Positions 1 through 14,922 of a stretch of DNA of 64,000 bases are shown piece after piece. Positions within the stretch are counted from its first letter, which is position 1; the number at the start of each line of letters is the position of its first letter. Below the pieces are notes generated by a model. It had not been told where the DNA came from and made no database searches. It was given only the letters and a program-made list of their open reading frames with translations. Both the position numbers and the translations under genes were made by a program. Source of the DNA: Eledone cirrhosa (lineage: Eukaryota); assembly GCA_964016885.1 (NCBI GenBank), contig OZ024766.1:6138001-6202000 (forward strand), read 5' to 3'.

Positions 1-3000
1 CTTCCTATGTCCAGCTCTTCCTTGGTCATCCTCTACATTAAAGTCCTTCCACTCAGAATCCCTGCTATATTCATCAATCAAACATCAACCATAAATACCA
101 AACAGCATCACCATAGAATTCTCCATCTTAATCCTCTTACATAACAGTTTTTTCCTCGTCTATCTTCTTCTCTCATCTATTTTTTTCATCTCCAGGTCTT
201 CCTATGTCCAGCTCTTCCTTGGTCATCCTCTACATTAAAGTCCTTCCGCTCCAAATCTCTGCTATATTCATCAATCAAACATCAACCATAAATACCAAAC
301 AGCATCACCATAGAATTCTACATCTTAATCCTCTTACATCCAGTTTTTTCCTCGTCTATCTTCTTCTCTCATCTATTTTGTTCATCTCCAGGTCTTCCTA
401 TGTCCAGCTCTTCCTTGGTCATCCTCTACATTAAAGTCCTTCCACTCCGAATCTCTGCTATATTCATCAATCAAACATCAACCATAAATACCAAACAGCA
501 TCACCATAGAATTCTCCATCTTAATCCTCTTACATAACAGTTTTTTCCTCGTCTATCTTCTTCTCTCATCTATTTTTTTCATCTCCAGGTCTTCCTATGT
601 CCAGCTCTTCCTTGGTCATCCTCTACATTAAAGTCCTTCCGCTCCAAATCTCTGCTATATTCATCAATCAAACATCAACCATAAATACCAAACAGCATCA
701 CCATAGAATTCTCCATCTTAATCCTCTTACATAACAGTTTTTTCCTCGTCTATCTTCTTCTCTCATCTATTTTTTTCATCTCCAGGTCTTCCTATGTCCA
801 GCTCTTCCTTGGTCATCCTCTACATTAAAGTCCTTCCGCTCCAAATCTCTGCTATATTCATCAATCAAACATCAACCATAAATACCAAACAGCATCACCA
901 TAGAATTCTACATCTTAATCCTCTTACATAACAGTTTTTTCCTCGTCTATCTTCTTCTCTCATCTATTTTTTTCATCTCCAGGTCTTCCTATGTCCAGCT
1001 CTTCCTTGGTCATCCTCTACATTAAAGTCCTTCCGCTCCAAATCTCTGCTATATTCATCAATCAAACATCAACCATAAATACCAAACAGCATCACCATAG
1101 AATTCTCCATCTTAATCCTCTTACATAACAGTTTTTTCCTCGTCTATCTTCTTCTCTCATCTATTTTTTTCATCTCCAGGTCTTCCTATATCCAGCTCTT
1201 CCTTGGTCATCCTCTACATTAAAGTCCTTCCGCTCCAAATCTCTGCTATATTCATCAATCAAACATCAACCATAAATACCAAACAGCATCACCATAGAAT
1301 TCTCCATCTTAATCCTCTTACATAACAGTTTTTTCCTCGTCTATCTTCTTCTCTCATCTATTTTTTTCATCTCCAGGTCTTCCTATGTCCAGCTCTTCCT
1401 TGGTCATCCTCTACATTAAAGTCCTTCCACTCAGAATCCCTGCTATATTCATCAATCAAACATCAACCATAAATACCAAACAGCATCACCATAGAATTCT
1501 ACATCTTAATCCCCTTACATAACAGTTTTTTCCTCGTCTATCTTCTTCTCTCATCTATTTTTTTCATCTCCAGGTCTTCCTATGTCCAGCTCTTCCTTGG
1601 TCATCCTCTACATTAAAGTCCTTCCGCTCCAAATCTCTGCTATATTCATCAATCAAACATCAACCATAAATACCAAACAGCATCACCATAGAATTCTACA
1701 TCTTAATCCTCTTACATAACAGTTTTTTCCTCGTCTATCTTCTTCTCTCATCTATTTTTTTCATCTCCAGGTCTTCCTATGTCCAGCTCTTCCTTGGTCA
1801 TCCTCTACATTAAAGTCCTTCCACTCAGAATCCCTGCTATATTCATCAATCAAACATCAACCATAAATACCAAACAGCATCACCATAGAATTCTCCATCT
1901 TAATCCTCTTACATAACAGTTTTTTCCTCGTCTATCTTCTTCTCTCATCTATTTTTTTCATCTCCAGGTCTTCCTATGTCCAGCTCTTCCTTGGTCATCC
2001 TCTACATTAAAGTCCTTCCGCTCCAAATCTCTGCTATATTCATCAATCAAACATCAACCATAAATACCAAACAGCATCACCATAGAATTCTACATCTTAA
2101 TCCTCTTACATAACAGTTTTTTCCTCGTCTATCTTCTTCTCTCATCTATTTTTTTCATCTCCAGGTCTTCCTATGTCCAGCTCTTCCTTGGTCATCCTCT
2201 ACATTAAAGTCCTTCCGCTCCAAATCTCTGCTATATTCATCAATCAAACATCAACCATAAATACCAAACAGCATCACCATAGAATTCTCCATCTTAATCC
2301 TCTTACATAACAGTTTTTTCCTCGTCTATCTTCTTCTCTCATCTATTTTTTTCATCTCCAGGTCTTCCTATGTCCAGCTCTTCCTTGGTCATCCTCTACA
2401 TTAAAGTCCTTCCGCTCCAAATCTCTGCTATATTCATCAATCAAACATCAACCATAAATACCAAACAGCATCACCATAGAATTCTCCATCTTAATCCTCT
2501 TACATAACAGTTTTTTCCTCGTCTATCTTCTTCTCTCATCTATTTTTTTCATCTCCAGGTCTTCCTATGTCCAGCTCTTCCTTGGTCATCCTCTACATTA
2601 AAGTCCTTCCGCTCCAAATCTCTGCTATATTCATCAATCAAACATCAACCATAAATACCAAACAGCATCACCATAGAATTCTCCATCTTAATCCTCTTAC
2701 ATAACAGTTTTTTCCTCGTCTATCTTCTTCTCTCATCTATTTTTTTCATCTCCAGGTCTTCCTATGTCCAGCTCTTCCTTGGTCATCCTCTACATTAAAG
2801 TCCTTCCGCTCCAAATCTCTGCTATATTCATCAATCAAACATCAACCATAAATACCAAACAGCATCACCATAGAATTCTCCATCTTAATCCTCTTACATA
2901 ACAGTTTTTTCCTCGTCTATCTTCTTCTCTCATCTATTTTTTTCATCTCCAGGTCTTCCTATGTCCAGCTCTTCCTTGGTCATCCTCTACATTAAAGTCC

Positions 3001-4140
3001 TTCCGCTCCAAATCTCTGCTATATTCATCAATCAAACATCAACCATAAATACCAAACAGCATCACCATAGAATTCTCCATCTTAATCCTCTTACATAACA
3101 GTTTTTTCCTCGTCTATCTTCTTCTCTCATCTATTTTTTTCATCTCCAGGTCTTCCTATGTCCAGCTCTTCCTTGGTCATCCTCTACATTAAAGTCCTTC
3201 CGCTCCAAATCTCTGCTATATTCATCAATCAAACATCAACCATAAATACCAAACAGCATCACCATAGAATTCTCCATCTTAATCCTCTTACATAACAGTT
3301 TTTTCCTCGTCTATCTTCTTCTCTCATCTATTTTTTTCATCTCCAGGTCTTCCTATGTCCAGCTCTTCCTTGGTCATCCTCTACATTAAAGTCCTTCCGC
3401 TCCAAATCTCTGCTATATTCATCAATCAAACATCAACCATAAATACCAAACAGCATCACCATAGAATTCTCCATCTTAATCCTCTTACATAACAGTTTTT
3501 TCCTCGTCTATCTTCTTCTCTCATCTATTTTTTTCATCTCCAGGTCTTCCTATGTCCAGCTCTTCCTTGGTCATCCTCTACATTAAAGTCCTTCCGCTCC
3601 AAATCTCTGCTATATTCATCAATCAAACATCAACCATAAATACCAAACAGCATCACCATAGAATTCTCCATCTTAATCCTCTTACATAACAGTTTTTTCC
3701 TCGTCTATCTTCTTCTCTCATCTATTTTTTTCATCTCCAGGTCTTCCTATGTCCAGCTCTTCCTTGGTCATCCTCTACATTAAAGTCCTTCCGCTCCAAA
3801 TCTCTGCTATATTCATCAATCAAACATCAACCATAAATACCAAACAGCATCACCATAGAATTCTCCATCTTAATCCTCTTACATAACAGTTTTTTCCTCG
3901 TCTATCTTCTTCTCTCATCTATTTTTTTCATCTCCAGGTCTTCCTATGTCCAGCTCTTCCTTGGTCATCCTCTACATTAAAGTCCTTCCGCTCCAAATCT
4001 CTGCTATATTCATCAATCAAACATCAACCATAAATACCAAACAGCATCACCATAGAATTCTCCATCTTAATCCCCTTACATCCAGTTTTTTCCTCGTCTA
4101 TCTTCTTCTCTCATCTATTTTTTTTCATCTCCAGGTCTTC
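1..4140. repeat. 197-bp tandem satellite, about 21 near-identical copies (runs off the window start)
   Basis: The unit cttcctatgtccagctc... recurs at 1, 198, 395 and onward. Confidence 0.97.
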
Positions 4141-4337
4141 CTTGGTCTTCCTCTTCTTCAAAGCCCTTCCACTCTGAATCCCTGCTACCTTCATCAACCA
4201 AACATCAACCAAACAGCAACCAAACATCAACCAATCACCAAACACACTACATATATCCTGGCCCTTCCTCTCTTCCTATCCCTTCTCATGTTTCAATTGT
4301 CACCTGCATCTGTCCAGGTCTTCCTTCGACATCCCCT

Positions 4338-7300
4338 TCCTTTACCATTTACATTACTCTATATATACTATTGTATTGTCACAGTAAAGGCTTTACCTCA
4401 CATAATATCTCACATAACATTTACATTACTCTATATATACTATTGTATTGTCACAGTAAAGGCTTTACCTCACATAATACCTCACATAACATTTACATTA
4501 CTCTATATATACTATTGTATTGTCACAGTAAAGGCTTTACCTCACATAATACCTCACATAACATTTACATTACTCTATATATACTATTGTATTGTCACAG
4601 TAAAGGCTTTACCTCACATAATATCTCACATAACATTTACATTACTCTATATATACTATTGTATTTTCACAGTAAAGGTTTTACCTCACATAATATCTCA
4701 CATAACATTTACATTACTCTATATATACTATTGTATTTTCACAGTAAAGGTTTTACCTCACATAATATCTCACATAACATTTACATTACTCTATATATAC
4801 TATTGTATTGTCACAGTAAAGGCTTTACCTCACATAATATCTCACATAACATCTACATTACTCTATATATACTATTGTATTTTCACAGTAAAGGTTTTAC
4901 CTTACATAATATCTCACATAACATTTACATTACTCTATATATACTATTGTATTTTCACAGTAAAGGTTTTACCTCACATAATATCTCACATAACATTTAC
5001 ATTACTCTATATATACTATTGTATTGTCACAGTAAAGGCTTTACCTCACATAATATCTCACATAACATTTACATTACTCTATATATACTATTGTATTGTC
5101 ACAGTAAAGGCTTTACCTCACATAATATCTCACATAACATTTACATTACTCTATATATACTATTGTATTTTCACAGTAAAGGCTTTACCTCACATAATAT
5201 CTCACATAACATTTACATTACTCTATATATACTATTGTATTTTCACAGTAAAGGCTTTACCTCACATAATATCTCACATAACATTTACATTACTCTATAT
5301 ATACTATTGTATTGTCACAGTAAAGGCTTTACCTCACATAATATCTCACATAACATTTACATTACTCTATATATACTATTGTATTGTCACAGTAAAGGCT
5401 TTACCTCACATAATATCTCACATAACATTTACATTACTCTATATATACTATTGTATTTTCACAGTAAAGGCTTTACCTCACATAATATCTCACATAACAT
5501 TTACATTACTCTATATATACTATTGTATTTTCACAGTAAAGGCTTTACCTCACATAATATCTCACATAACATTTACATTACTCTATATATACTATTGTAT
5601 TTTCACAGTAAAGGCTTTACCTCACATAATATCTCACATAACATTTACATTACTCTATATATACTATTGTATTGTCACAGTAAAGGTTTTACCTCACATA
5701 ATATCTCACATAACATTTACATTACTCTATATATACTATTGTATTGTCACAGTAAAGGCTTTACCTCACATAATATCTCACATAACATTTACATTACTCT
5801 ATATATACTATTGTATTTTCACAGTAAAGGCTTTACCTCACATAATATCTCACATAACATTTACATTACTCTATATATACTATTGTATTGTCACAGTAAA
5901 GGCTTTACCTCACATAATATCTCACATAACATTTACATTACTCTATATATACTATTGTATTTTCACAGTAAAGGTTTTACCTCACATAATATCTCACATA
6001 ACATTTACATTACTCTATATATACTATTGTATTGTCACAGTAAAGGCTTTACCTCACATAATATCTCACATAACATTTACATTACTCTATATATACTATT
6101 GTATTGTCACAGTAAAGGCTTTACCTCACATAATATCTCACATAACATTTACATTACTCTATATATACTATTGTATTTTCACAGTAAAGGCTTTACCTCA
6201 CATAATATCTCACATAACATTTACATTACTCTATATATACTATTGTATTTTCACAGTAAAGGTTTTACCTCACATAATATCTCACATAACATTTACATTA
6301 CTCTATATATACTATTGTATTGTCACAGTAAAGGCTTTACCTCACATAATATCTCACATAACATTTACATTACTCTATATATACTATTGTATTGTCACAG
6401 TAAAGGCTTTACCTCACATAATATCTCACATAACATTTACATTACTCTATATATACTATTGTATTTTCACAGTAAAGGCTTTACCTCACATAATATCTCA
6501 CATAACATTTACATTACTCTATATATACTATTGTATTGTCACAGTAAAGGCTTTACCTCACATAATATCTCACATAACATTTACATTACTCTATATATAC
6601 TATTGTATTTTCACAGTAAAGGTTTTACCTCACATAATATCTCACATAACATTTACATTACTCTATATATACTATTGTATTGTCACAGTAAAGGCTTTAC
6701 CTCACATAATATCTCACATAACATTTACATTACTCTATATATACTATTGTATTGTCACAGTAAAGGCTTTACCTCACATAATATCTCACATAACATTTAC
6801 ATTACTCTATATATACTATTGTATTGTCACAGTAAAGGTTTTACCTCACATAATATCTCACATAACATTTACATTACTCTATATATACTATTGTATTTTC
6901 ACAGTAAAGGTTTTATCTTACATAATATCTCACATAACATTTACATTACTCTATATATACTATTGTATTGTCACAGTAAAGGTTTTACCTCACATAATAT
7001 CTCACATAACATTTACATTACTCTATATATACTATTGTATTTTCACAGTAAAGGCTTTACCTCACATAATATCTCACATAACGTTTACATTACTCTATAT
7101 ATACTATTGTATTTTCACAGTAATGGCTTTACCTCACATAATATCTCACATAACATTTACATTACTCTATATATACTACTGTATTTTCACAGTAAAGGCT
7201 TTACCTCACATAATATCTCACATAACGTTTACATTACTCTATATATACTATTGTATTTTCACAGTAAGGGCTTTACCTCACATAATATCTCACATAACAT

Positions 7301-7656
7301 TTACATTACTCTATATATACTATTGTATTGTCACAGTAAAGGCTTTACCTCACATAATATCTCACATACCATTTACATTACTCTATATATACTATTGTAT
7401 TGTCACAGTAAAGGCTTTACCTCACATAATATCTCACATAACATTTACATTACTCTATATATAGTATTGTATTTTCACAGTAAAGGCTTTACCTCACATA
7501 ATATCTCACATAATATCAAATTTATGAGATTTTGATATTATTTATTTTGAGAACAATACTTTAACATTGGTATGAGTGGCTGGTTATGGCCGGTTTGAAC
7601 AGAAAGAGGTGAAGAATTCTGGCCAGATACAGCCGGTTTGAATGCTAAAGGGTTAA
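4338..7656. mobile_element. piggyBac-like TTAA MITE containing about 48 x 66-bp tandem array (4345-7513)
   Basis: Right end AATGCTAAAGGG|TTAA at 7641-7656, degraded left end cctttaccatt; same element as 44344-45503. Confidence 0.8.
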
Positions 7657-7874
7657 AGTCCTTCCGCTCGGAATGTCTGCTCCCCTCCCCAACCAAACAC
7701 CACCACCATCACCATAGAATAAATACTACATCTTAATCCTCTTACATCCAGGTTTTTCTCTCATCTTATTCCATCTATATTTTATGCCCCACCTCTGTCA
7801 AGGTCTTCCTTCGTCATCCACTCCCTCAAGGACCTTCCACTTGGAATGTCTGCTACCTTCACCAACACCCATAC

Positions 7875-8740
7875 ACTCATCATTTCATTTTATGTCCACT
7901 TTTCCCTGCTTGCAAGGGTGGGACGGGAACTGATTCTGGCTTGATTTCTACAGCTGGATGCCCTTCCTAACACCAACCTCATTTACAGTGAATGCTGGGT
8001 GCTTGTTTGCCGTGGCACCTCCATGACCACTTTACAGTGAGTGCTGGGTGCTTTCTTTGTCGTGGCACCTCCACGTCCACTTTACAGTGAGTGCTGGGTG
8101 CTTTTTTGCCATGGCAACTCCACGACCACTTTACAGTGAGTGCTGGGTGCTTTCTTTGTCGTGGCACCTCCACGTCCACTTTACAGTGAGCGCTGGGTGC
8201 TTTCTTTGCCGTGGCGCCTCCACGTCCACTTTACAGTGAGTGCTGGGTGCTTTCTTTGCCGTGGCACCTCCACGACCACTTTACAGTGAGTGCTGGGTGC
8301 TTTCTTTGCCGTGGCACCTACACGACCACTTTACAGTGAGTGCTGGGTGCTTTCTTTGCCGTGGCACCTCCACGTCCACTTTACAGTGAGTGCTGGGTGT
8401 TTTCTTTGCCGTGGCACCTCCACGACCACTTTACAGTGAGTGCTGGGTGCTTTCTTTGCCGTGGCACCTACACGACCACTTTACAGTGAGTGCTGGGTGC
8501 TTTCTTTGCCGTGGCACCTACACGACCACTTTACAGTGAGTGCTGGGTGCTTTCTTTGCCGTGGAACCTCCACGACCACTTTACAGTGAGCGCTGGGTGC
8601 TTTCTTTGTCGTGGCACCTCGACGACCACTTTACAGTGAGTGCTGGGTGCTTTTTTGCCGTGGCACCTCCACGACCACTTTACAGTGAGTGCTGGGTGCT
8701 TTTTTGCCGCGGCACCTCCATGACCACTTTGCAGTGGAAT
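7875..8740 (-). repeat. RTE-LINE-type 3' end with about 19 x 40-bp minisatellite (7981-8735)
   Basis: Tail ttttccctgcttgcaagggtgggacggg is shared with the RTE fragment at 34397-34575; unit ccactttacagtgagtgctgggtgctttctttgccgtggcacctccacga-like. Confidence 0.8.
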
Positions 8741-8761
8741 GATAGGGACACCAGTCCCTAT

Positions 8762-8908
8762 CATCTCATTTCTACAGCTGAGTAAACAGGAGCAATGTGA
8801 AATAAAGTGTCTTGCTCAAGGCAACAACACATCACCCGGTCTGAGAATTGAACTCACAACCTTTCGATTGCAAGGCCAATGTTCTAACCACTAAGCCATG
8901 TGCCTCCA
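8762..8908 (-). mobile_element. tRNA-derived SINE (CORE-like body); other copies at 54348-54465 (+) and 60700-60848 (-)
   Basis: A box TGGCTTAGTGG, B box GAGTTCAATTC, body ttgagcaagacactttatttcac. Confidence 0.75.
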
Positions 8909-9399
8909 TATATATATATCCTGGTTGTTTAATATCCAGTCTTGCTCTCTTTCCCGTCCCTTCTCATGTTTCCTCCTCTGTCACCCTCATCAGTGGTCTT
9001 CCTCCATGACAACCTCCCTCCGCTCTGATTCCTAGCCCCTTCTTTATCCAATTGTTATCTCTCTCTCATCTCACACACACATGGACACACACACACACAC
9101 ACATGGACTTACACATACACACACACACACATAAACACACATGGACACACACATGGACACACACATGGACATACACACACACACACAGACACACGCACTC
9201 ACATATACACACACAAACACACACATACATCCACTACATACATACACACACGCACACACACACTCACTCACACATTCACTACATTCGCACATACATACAC
9301 ACACACATATTCAATACACACACACACCCATACAGACACACAGACACACGCACTCACATATACACACACAAACACACACAAACACACACATACATCCAC

Positions 9400-9431
<32 letters not shown>

Positions 9432-9570
9432 GACACACGCACTCACATATACACACACAAACACACAAACACACACATACATCCACTACATACATACACA
9501 CACACACACACACAGACACACACACACACATATACACACACAAACACACAAACACACACATACATCCACT

Positions 9571-9614
<44 letters not shown>

Positions 9615-9938
9615 ACACACACACAGACACACACACTCACATATACACACACATACATCCACTACATACATACACACACACACACACACAGACACACACA
9701 CACGCACTCACATATACACACACAAACACACACAAACACACACATACATCCACTACATACACACGCACACACACACTCACACAATCACCACACTACACAC
9801 ACCCAACATGTCGATACCAGAGCACACCTCCCTGCTCACTGCATCAGATGCATCTAATGCCCAGATATTTCTCTCTGTTGGTGCAACTGTGCATTGTCAT
9901 TTCTGCATATTAACACTGCACACTCGATAAAGCAGAAT

Positions 9939-10138
9939 NNNNNNNNNNNNNNNNNNNNNNNNNNNNNNNNNNNNNNNNNNNNNNNNNNNNNNNNNNNNNN
10001 NNNNNNNNNNNNNNNNNNNNNNNNNNNNNNNNNNNNNNNNNNNNNNNNNNNNNNNNNNNNNNNNNNNNNNNNNNNNNNNNNNNNNNNNNNNNNNNNNNNN
10101 NNNNNNNNNNNNNNNNNNNNNNNNNNNNNNNNNNNNNN
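9939..10138. other. Assembly gap (200 N)
   Basis: Run of N. Confidence 1.
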
Positions 10139-12300
10139 TGTTTAGCTGTAAGAGCAGTGTATCAGAATGGTGCACTTTCCGTCTTTTACACCTAGTAATA
10201 GACGGCAGAAATGTGCAGTAAATTGCAGCAATATTTAGCTCTCGTAGCAGAGCAACAAACTATTGCAAAGTGCAGAAGGGCCCGGCTTTCATAGGGTCCA
10301 GTACAGAGCAGAATTCAATAATGCAGGATTGTGCAATATTTCACAGAGTGCACTTGAGTGTAACAGCAACCACAGACGGCAACTTCAGAGTGCAGCTAAG
10401 TAAAATGTAGTGTAAATATGTAAAAGACGTGTTGCAACTAAGTCCAACACACTGCAGCTAAGTGCAACTAAGTAGACAGTGCACTGGTGCACAACAATTT
10501 GCAACAAAGTGCATCAATTTACATCAGAGGAATATAATAAAATACTGCTGAAATTGCAACACTGATGCAGTGCAGTGTGCAGCAGTGTACAGCTAAGTAC
10601 AATGGAAATTCTTCAGTGTAAGCAGAATGCAGCTGCACTATAGTGCAATGCAATAGGATATAATCAAGTGCACCAGTGTACACTTGTGCACGAGTACGTG
10701 AAACCGTGTACACCAGAGTGCAACGACGTGGAGCAGAATGCAGCTGCACTATAGTGCAGTGAAGTGCAATGGGATATAGAAAAGTGCACTAGTGTACACT
10801 TGTGCATGACTAAGTGAAACCGTGTACACCAGAGTGCAACGACGTGGAGCAAAATGCAGCTGCACTATAGTGCAGTGAAGTGCAATAGGATATGGACAAG
10901 TGCACCAGAGTGTACACTTGTGCATGACTAAGTGTAGCCGTGTACACCAGAGTGCAACAGCGTCGAGCAGAATGCAGCTGCACTATAGTGCAGTGAAGTG
11001 CAATAGGATATGGACAAGTGCACCAGAGTGTACACTTGTGCATGACTAAGTGAAACCGTGTACACCAGAGTGCAACGACGTGGAGCAGAATGCAGCTGTA
11101 CTATAATGCAGTTCAATGCAATAGGATATAGAAAAGTGCACTAGTGTACACTTGTTTATGACTAAGTGTAGCCGTGTACACCAGAGTGCAACAGCGTCGA
11201 GCAGAATGCAGCTGCACTATAGTGCAGTGAAGTGCAATATGATATGGACAAGTGCACCAGAGTATACACTTGTGTATGACTAAGTGAAACCGTGTACACC
11301 AGAGTGCAACAGCGTCGAGCAGAATGCAGCTGCAACAGAGTGCAGTTACGGATTGCAGTTGGAATCTATTAGTGCAGTAGTGTGTAGGACTCAACAGTGC
11401 AGTCCAGTGTCTGAGAGCTATAGCAAGGTGCACCAGATGCAATTCTACCAGAGTGCAGCCTTCAGCAGATGAGTGTTGTTACAGAAAAACAGCTGCAGCT
11501 GCATCTTGGCTAGATGAGTGCAGCTTACGGTAGTTGAGTGTAACCTGCAGTAGCTGAGTGAAGCCTCCAGAGTAAAAGTGAAACCATAACTAGTTGAGTG
11601 AAGCCATCAGTAGTTGAGTGAAGCCTCCAGAGTAAAAGTGAAACCATAACTAGTTGAGTGAAGCCATCAGTAGTTGAGTGAAGCCTCCAGAGTAAGAGTG
11701 AAGCCTCTAGTAGCTGAGTGTAACCTACAGAGTAAGAGTGAAGCCTCCAGTAGCTGAGTGGAACCTACAGAGTATGAGTGAAGACTCCAGTAGCTGAGTG
11801 GAACCTACAGAGTATGAGTGAAGACTCCAGTAGCTGAGTGTAACCTTCAGAGTCAGAGTGTAGCCTTTTAGTAGCTGAGTGAAACCTACAGATGTTGAGT
11901 GTAGCTTCCAATGTTAGAGTGAAACTTACATTACCTGAGTTCACGCTCCAGTTTCAGAGTGAAGCCTACAAATGTTGAGTGTAGCCTCCAGAGTCAGAAT
12001 GAAGCTTTTAGATGTTGAGTAAGGCTTCTAATGTCAGGGTGAAGCCTTCAAAAGCTGAGTGCACCCTCCTGTATCAGAGTGCAACTGCTAATATCCGTAT
12101 ACTGCACTTAAGCAACAGGATGCACCGAAACTAGACAGCTGCAACTGCAGTGTATATACCCAGTTTAGTGTCCACTTCAGCTCACTGCAACTGTTGCAGA
12201 TAAATGTGCATCTGTTTGTTGCTAACTGCACTTGCTGTTGCTAACTGCACTTGCGTTACTGTTGCACTCCTAGTTCAGATCTGAGGGAGCAGATATCTAT
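10139..12300. repeat. Unclassified TGCA-rich repetitive element with about 117-bp tandem units (10620-11340) and a 20-bp array (11516-12090)
   Basis: gcagaatgcagctgcactatag recurs about 7 times; GAGTG recurs about every 20 bp. Confidence 0.75.
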
Positions 12301-12368
12301 GAGATATATATATATATATATGTGTGTATATATATAGTTACTGGGCAACGCCGGGTATGCTTACAGCT

Positions 12369-12400
<32 letters not shown>

Positions 12401-12454
12401 TATAAATATATATATATGTAAATATATATATATATGTAAATATATATATATATA

Positions 12455-12486
<32 letters not shown>

Positions 12487-12499
12487 AATATATATAAAT

Positions 12500-12532
<33 letters not shown>

Positions 12533-12649
12533 AATATATATAAATATAAATATGTAAATATATATATATATATAAATATGTAAATATATATATATATATA
12601 TAAATATGTAAATATATATATATATATAAATATGTAAATATATATATAT

Positions 12650-12718
<69 letters not shown>

Positions 12719-12815
12719 TAAATATGTAAATATATATATATATATAAATATGTAAATATATATATATATAAATATGTAAATATATATATATATATAAATA
12801 TGTAAATATATATAT

Positions 12816-12894
<79 letters not shown>

Positions 12895-14138
12895 AGCTCA
12901 GCCGTATGTCTGTCTGTGTATGTGTGTGTCTACATGTATGTTTGTGTATATATGTGTGCGTATAAATATGTATGTATATATGTGCGTGTTTATCTGTATA
13001 TATATATATATATACATACAGTAGCTGCTATATACAACATCACACAATATATATACATACGCTATATACACACCCTCGGCAGATCATATATACACGAGAA
13101 ATCAATAAACAAGCTACAAATCGATACAGACAAGATGGTTAGTGTTTAATTGAACAGTCGTGATTGATTGGGTTTTGATCTGATAGGTGTGGTGGTGGTG
13201 GTGGTGGTGGTGGTGTAGTGGTGGTGGCGGTGGTAGTGTAGTGGAGGTGGTGGTGGTGGCGGTAGTGGCGGTGGTGGTGGCGGTGGTGGTGGTGGTGTAG
13301 TGGTGGTGGCGGTGGTGGAGGTGGAGGGGTGGTGGTGGCGGTGGTGGTGGTGTGGTCGTAGTAGTGATGTAATATTGGTAGTGGTAGTGGTAGTGGTGGT
13401 AGTAGTAGTTACGGTGACGTAACATTTTCAATTATATTTTAAAAAAAAATTTTTTTTTTCAAGGGAAATAACTCTTCAACATACTTTGCCACTAACATTT
13501 AAAGATAACATTGGTTATCTCCCTTTCAAAATCCGCTACAATAACGTGTTGTGTCGTGTTTGTAATGTTTGTGTACAACAAACGGGCCTCAGTCGCTATC
13601 GACAATGATCAATTCAATTGTTTGACTAACTGAATGACTTAGTGACTTCTTCTTCTTATTATTTATTCTTTTCTTTTTTTATTTGCCTTCTTTTCTTCTT
13701 TCTTTTTCTCTTTCTTCTTTGTCTTCTTCTTCCACCCCTCCACCTCCATTCACAAATTCCTGGGAGGGGCGTGGAGGGCAGAGTCCTGCAGCAGGTCCAG
13801 ACAGAAGCAACCCTCTCCAATTGATCTGACTGGACCCTTCAAATAAAACCTCCCATTTTAAAGGGTTTCCATTTAAATTAAAATCTTCCAGCATAATTTT
13901 ATATAAGAACCTGTGTTAAGTTACTATCTTAGTAATGAAATAATTAATAATTTATTTAAGTTCTTCAAAATTCTTTCTTAATTAATTGAAATACATGGAA
14001 TTTAATTAGAAATTTTGTAATGAAAAAGGTAAAAACAGTGAAACAAAGCCAAAAGAGATGCAAGTGAATTTTTTTTATTAACACAGACAAAATTACACTG
14101 AATATCAAAAACCTCGCAAAACTAATTCATCGCCGATA

Positions 14139-14174
<36 letters not shown>

Positions 14175-14338
14175 TGTATGTATGTATGTATGTATGTATG
14201 TATGTCTAACTATATGTATGTCTATCTATCTATCTATATATATATATATATCTATATATATATATATATCTATCTATATATATCTATATATATATATATC
14301 TATCTATATATATCTATATGTATGTATATCTATCTATC

Positions 14339-14370
<32 letters not shown>

Positions 14371-14403
14371 ATATATGTATGTATATCTATATCTATCTAT
14401 CTC

Positions 14404-14437
<34 letters not shown>

Positions 14438-14468
14438 TAATATATGTATGTATATCTATATCTATCTA

Positions 14469-14512
<44 letters not shown>

Positions 14513-14543
14513 GTATGTATATCTCTCTCTCTATATCTATCTA

Positions 14544-14587
<44 letters not shown>

Positions 14588-14606
14588 GTATGTATATCTC
14601 TCTCTA

Positions 14607-14656
<50 letters not shown>

Positions 14657-14859
14657 GTATGTATATCTCTCTCTCTCTATATATATATATGTATGTATAT
14701 CTCTATATATATATAATATATGTATGTATATATCTCTCTCTCTATATATATATATGTATGTATATCTATATATATATATAATATATGTATGTATATCTCT
14801 CTCTCTATATATATATATATGTATGTATATCTATATATATATGTATGTATATCTATCTA

Positions 14860-14922
<63 letters not shown>

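Noticed and set aside
3946-7535. 1172-aa and 1054-aa ORFs (and 44289-45385)
   Set aside because: They are translations of a 66-bp (multiple of 3) tandem array inside a MITE, open in two frames, with no protein features.
9894-10175. ORFs spanning the N run
   Set aside because: Artefacts of the assembly gap.
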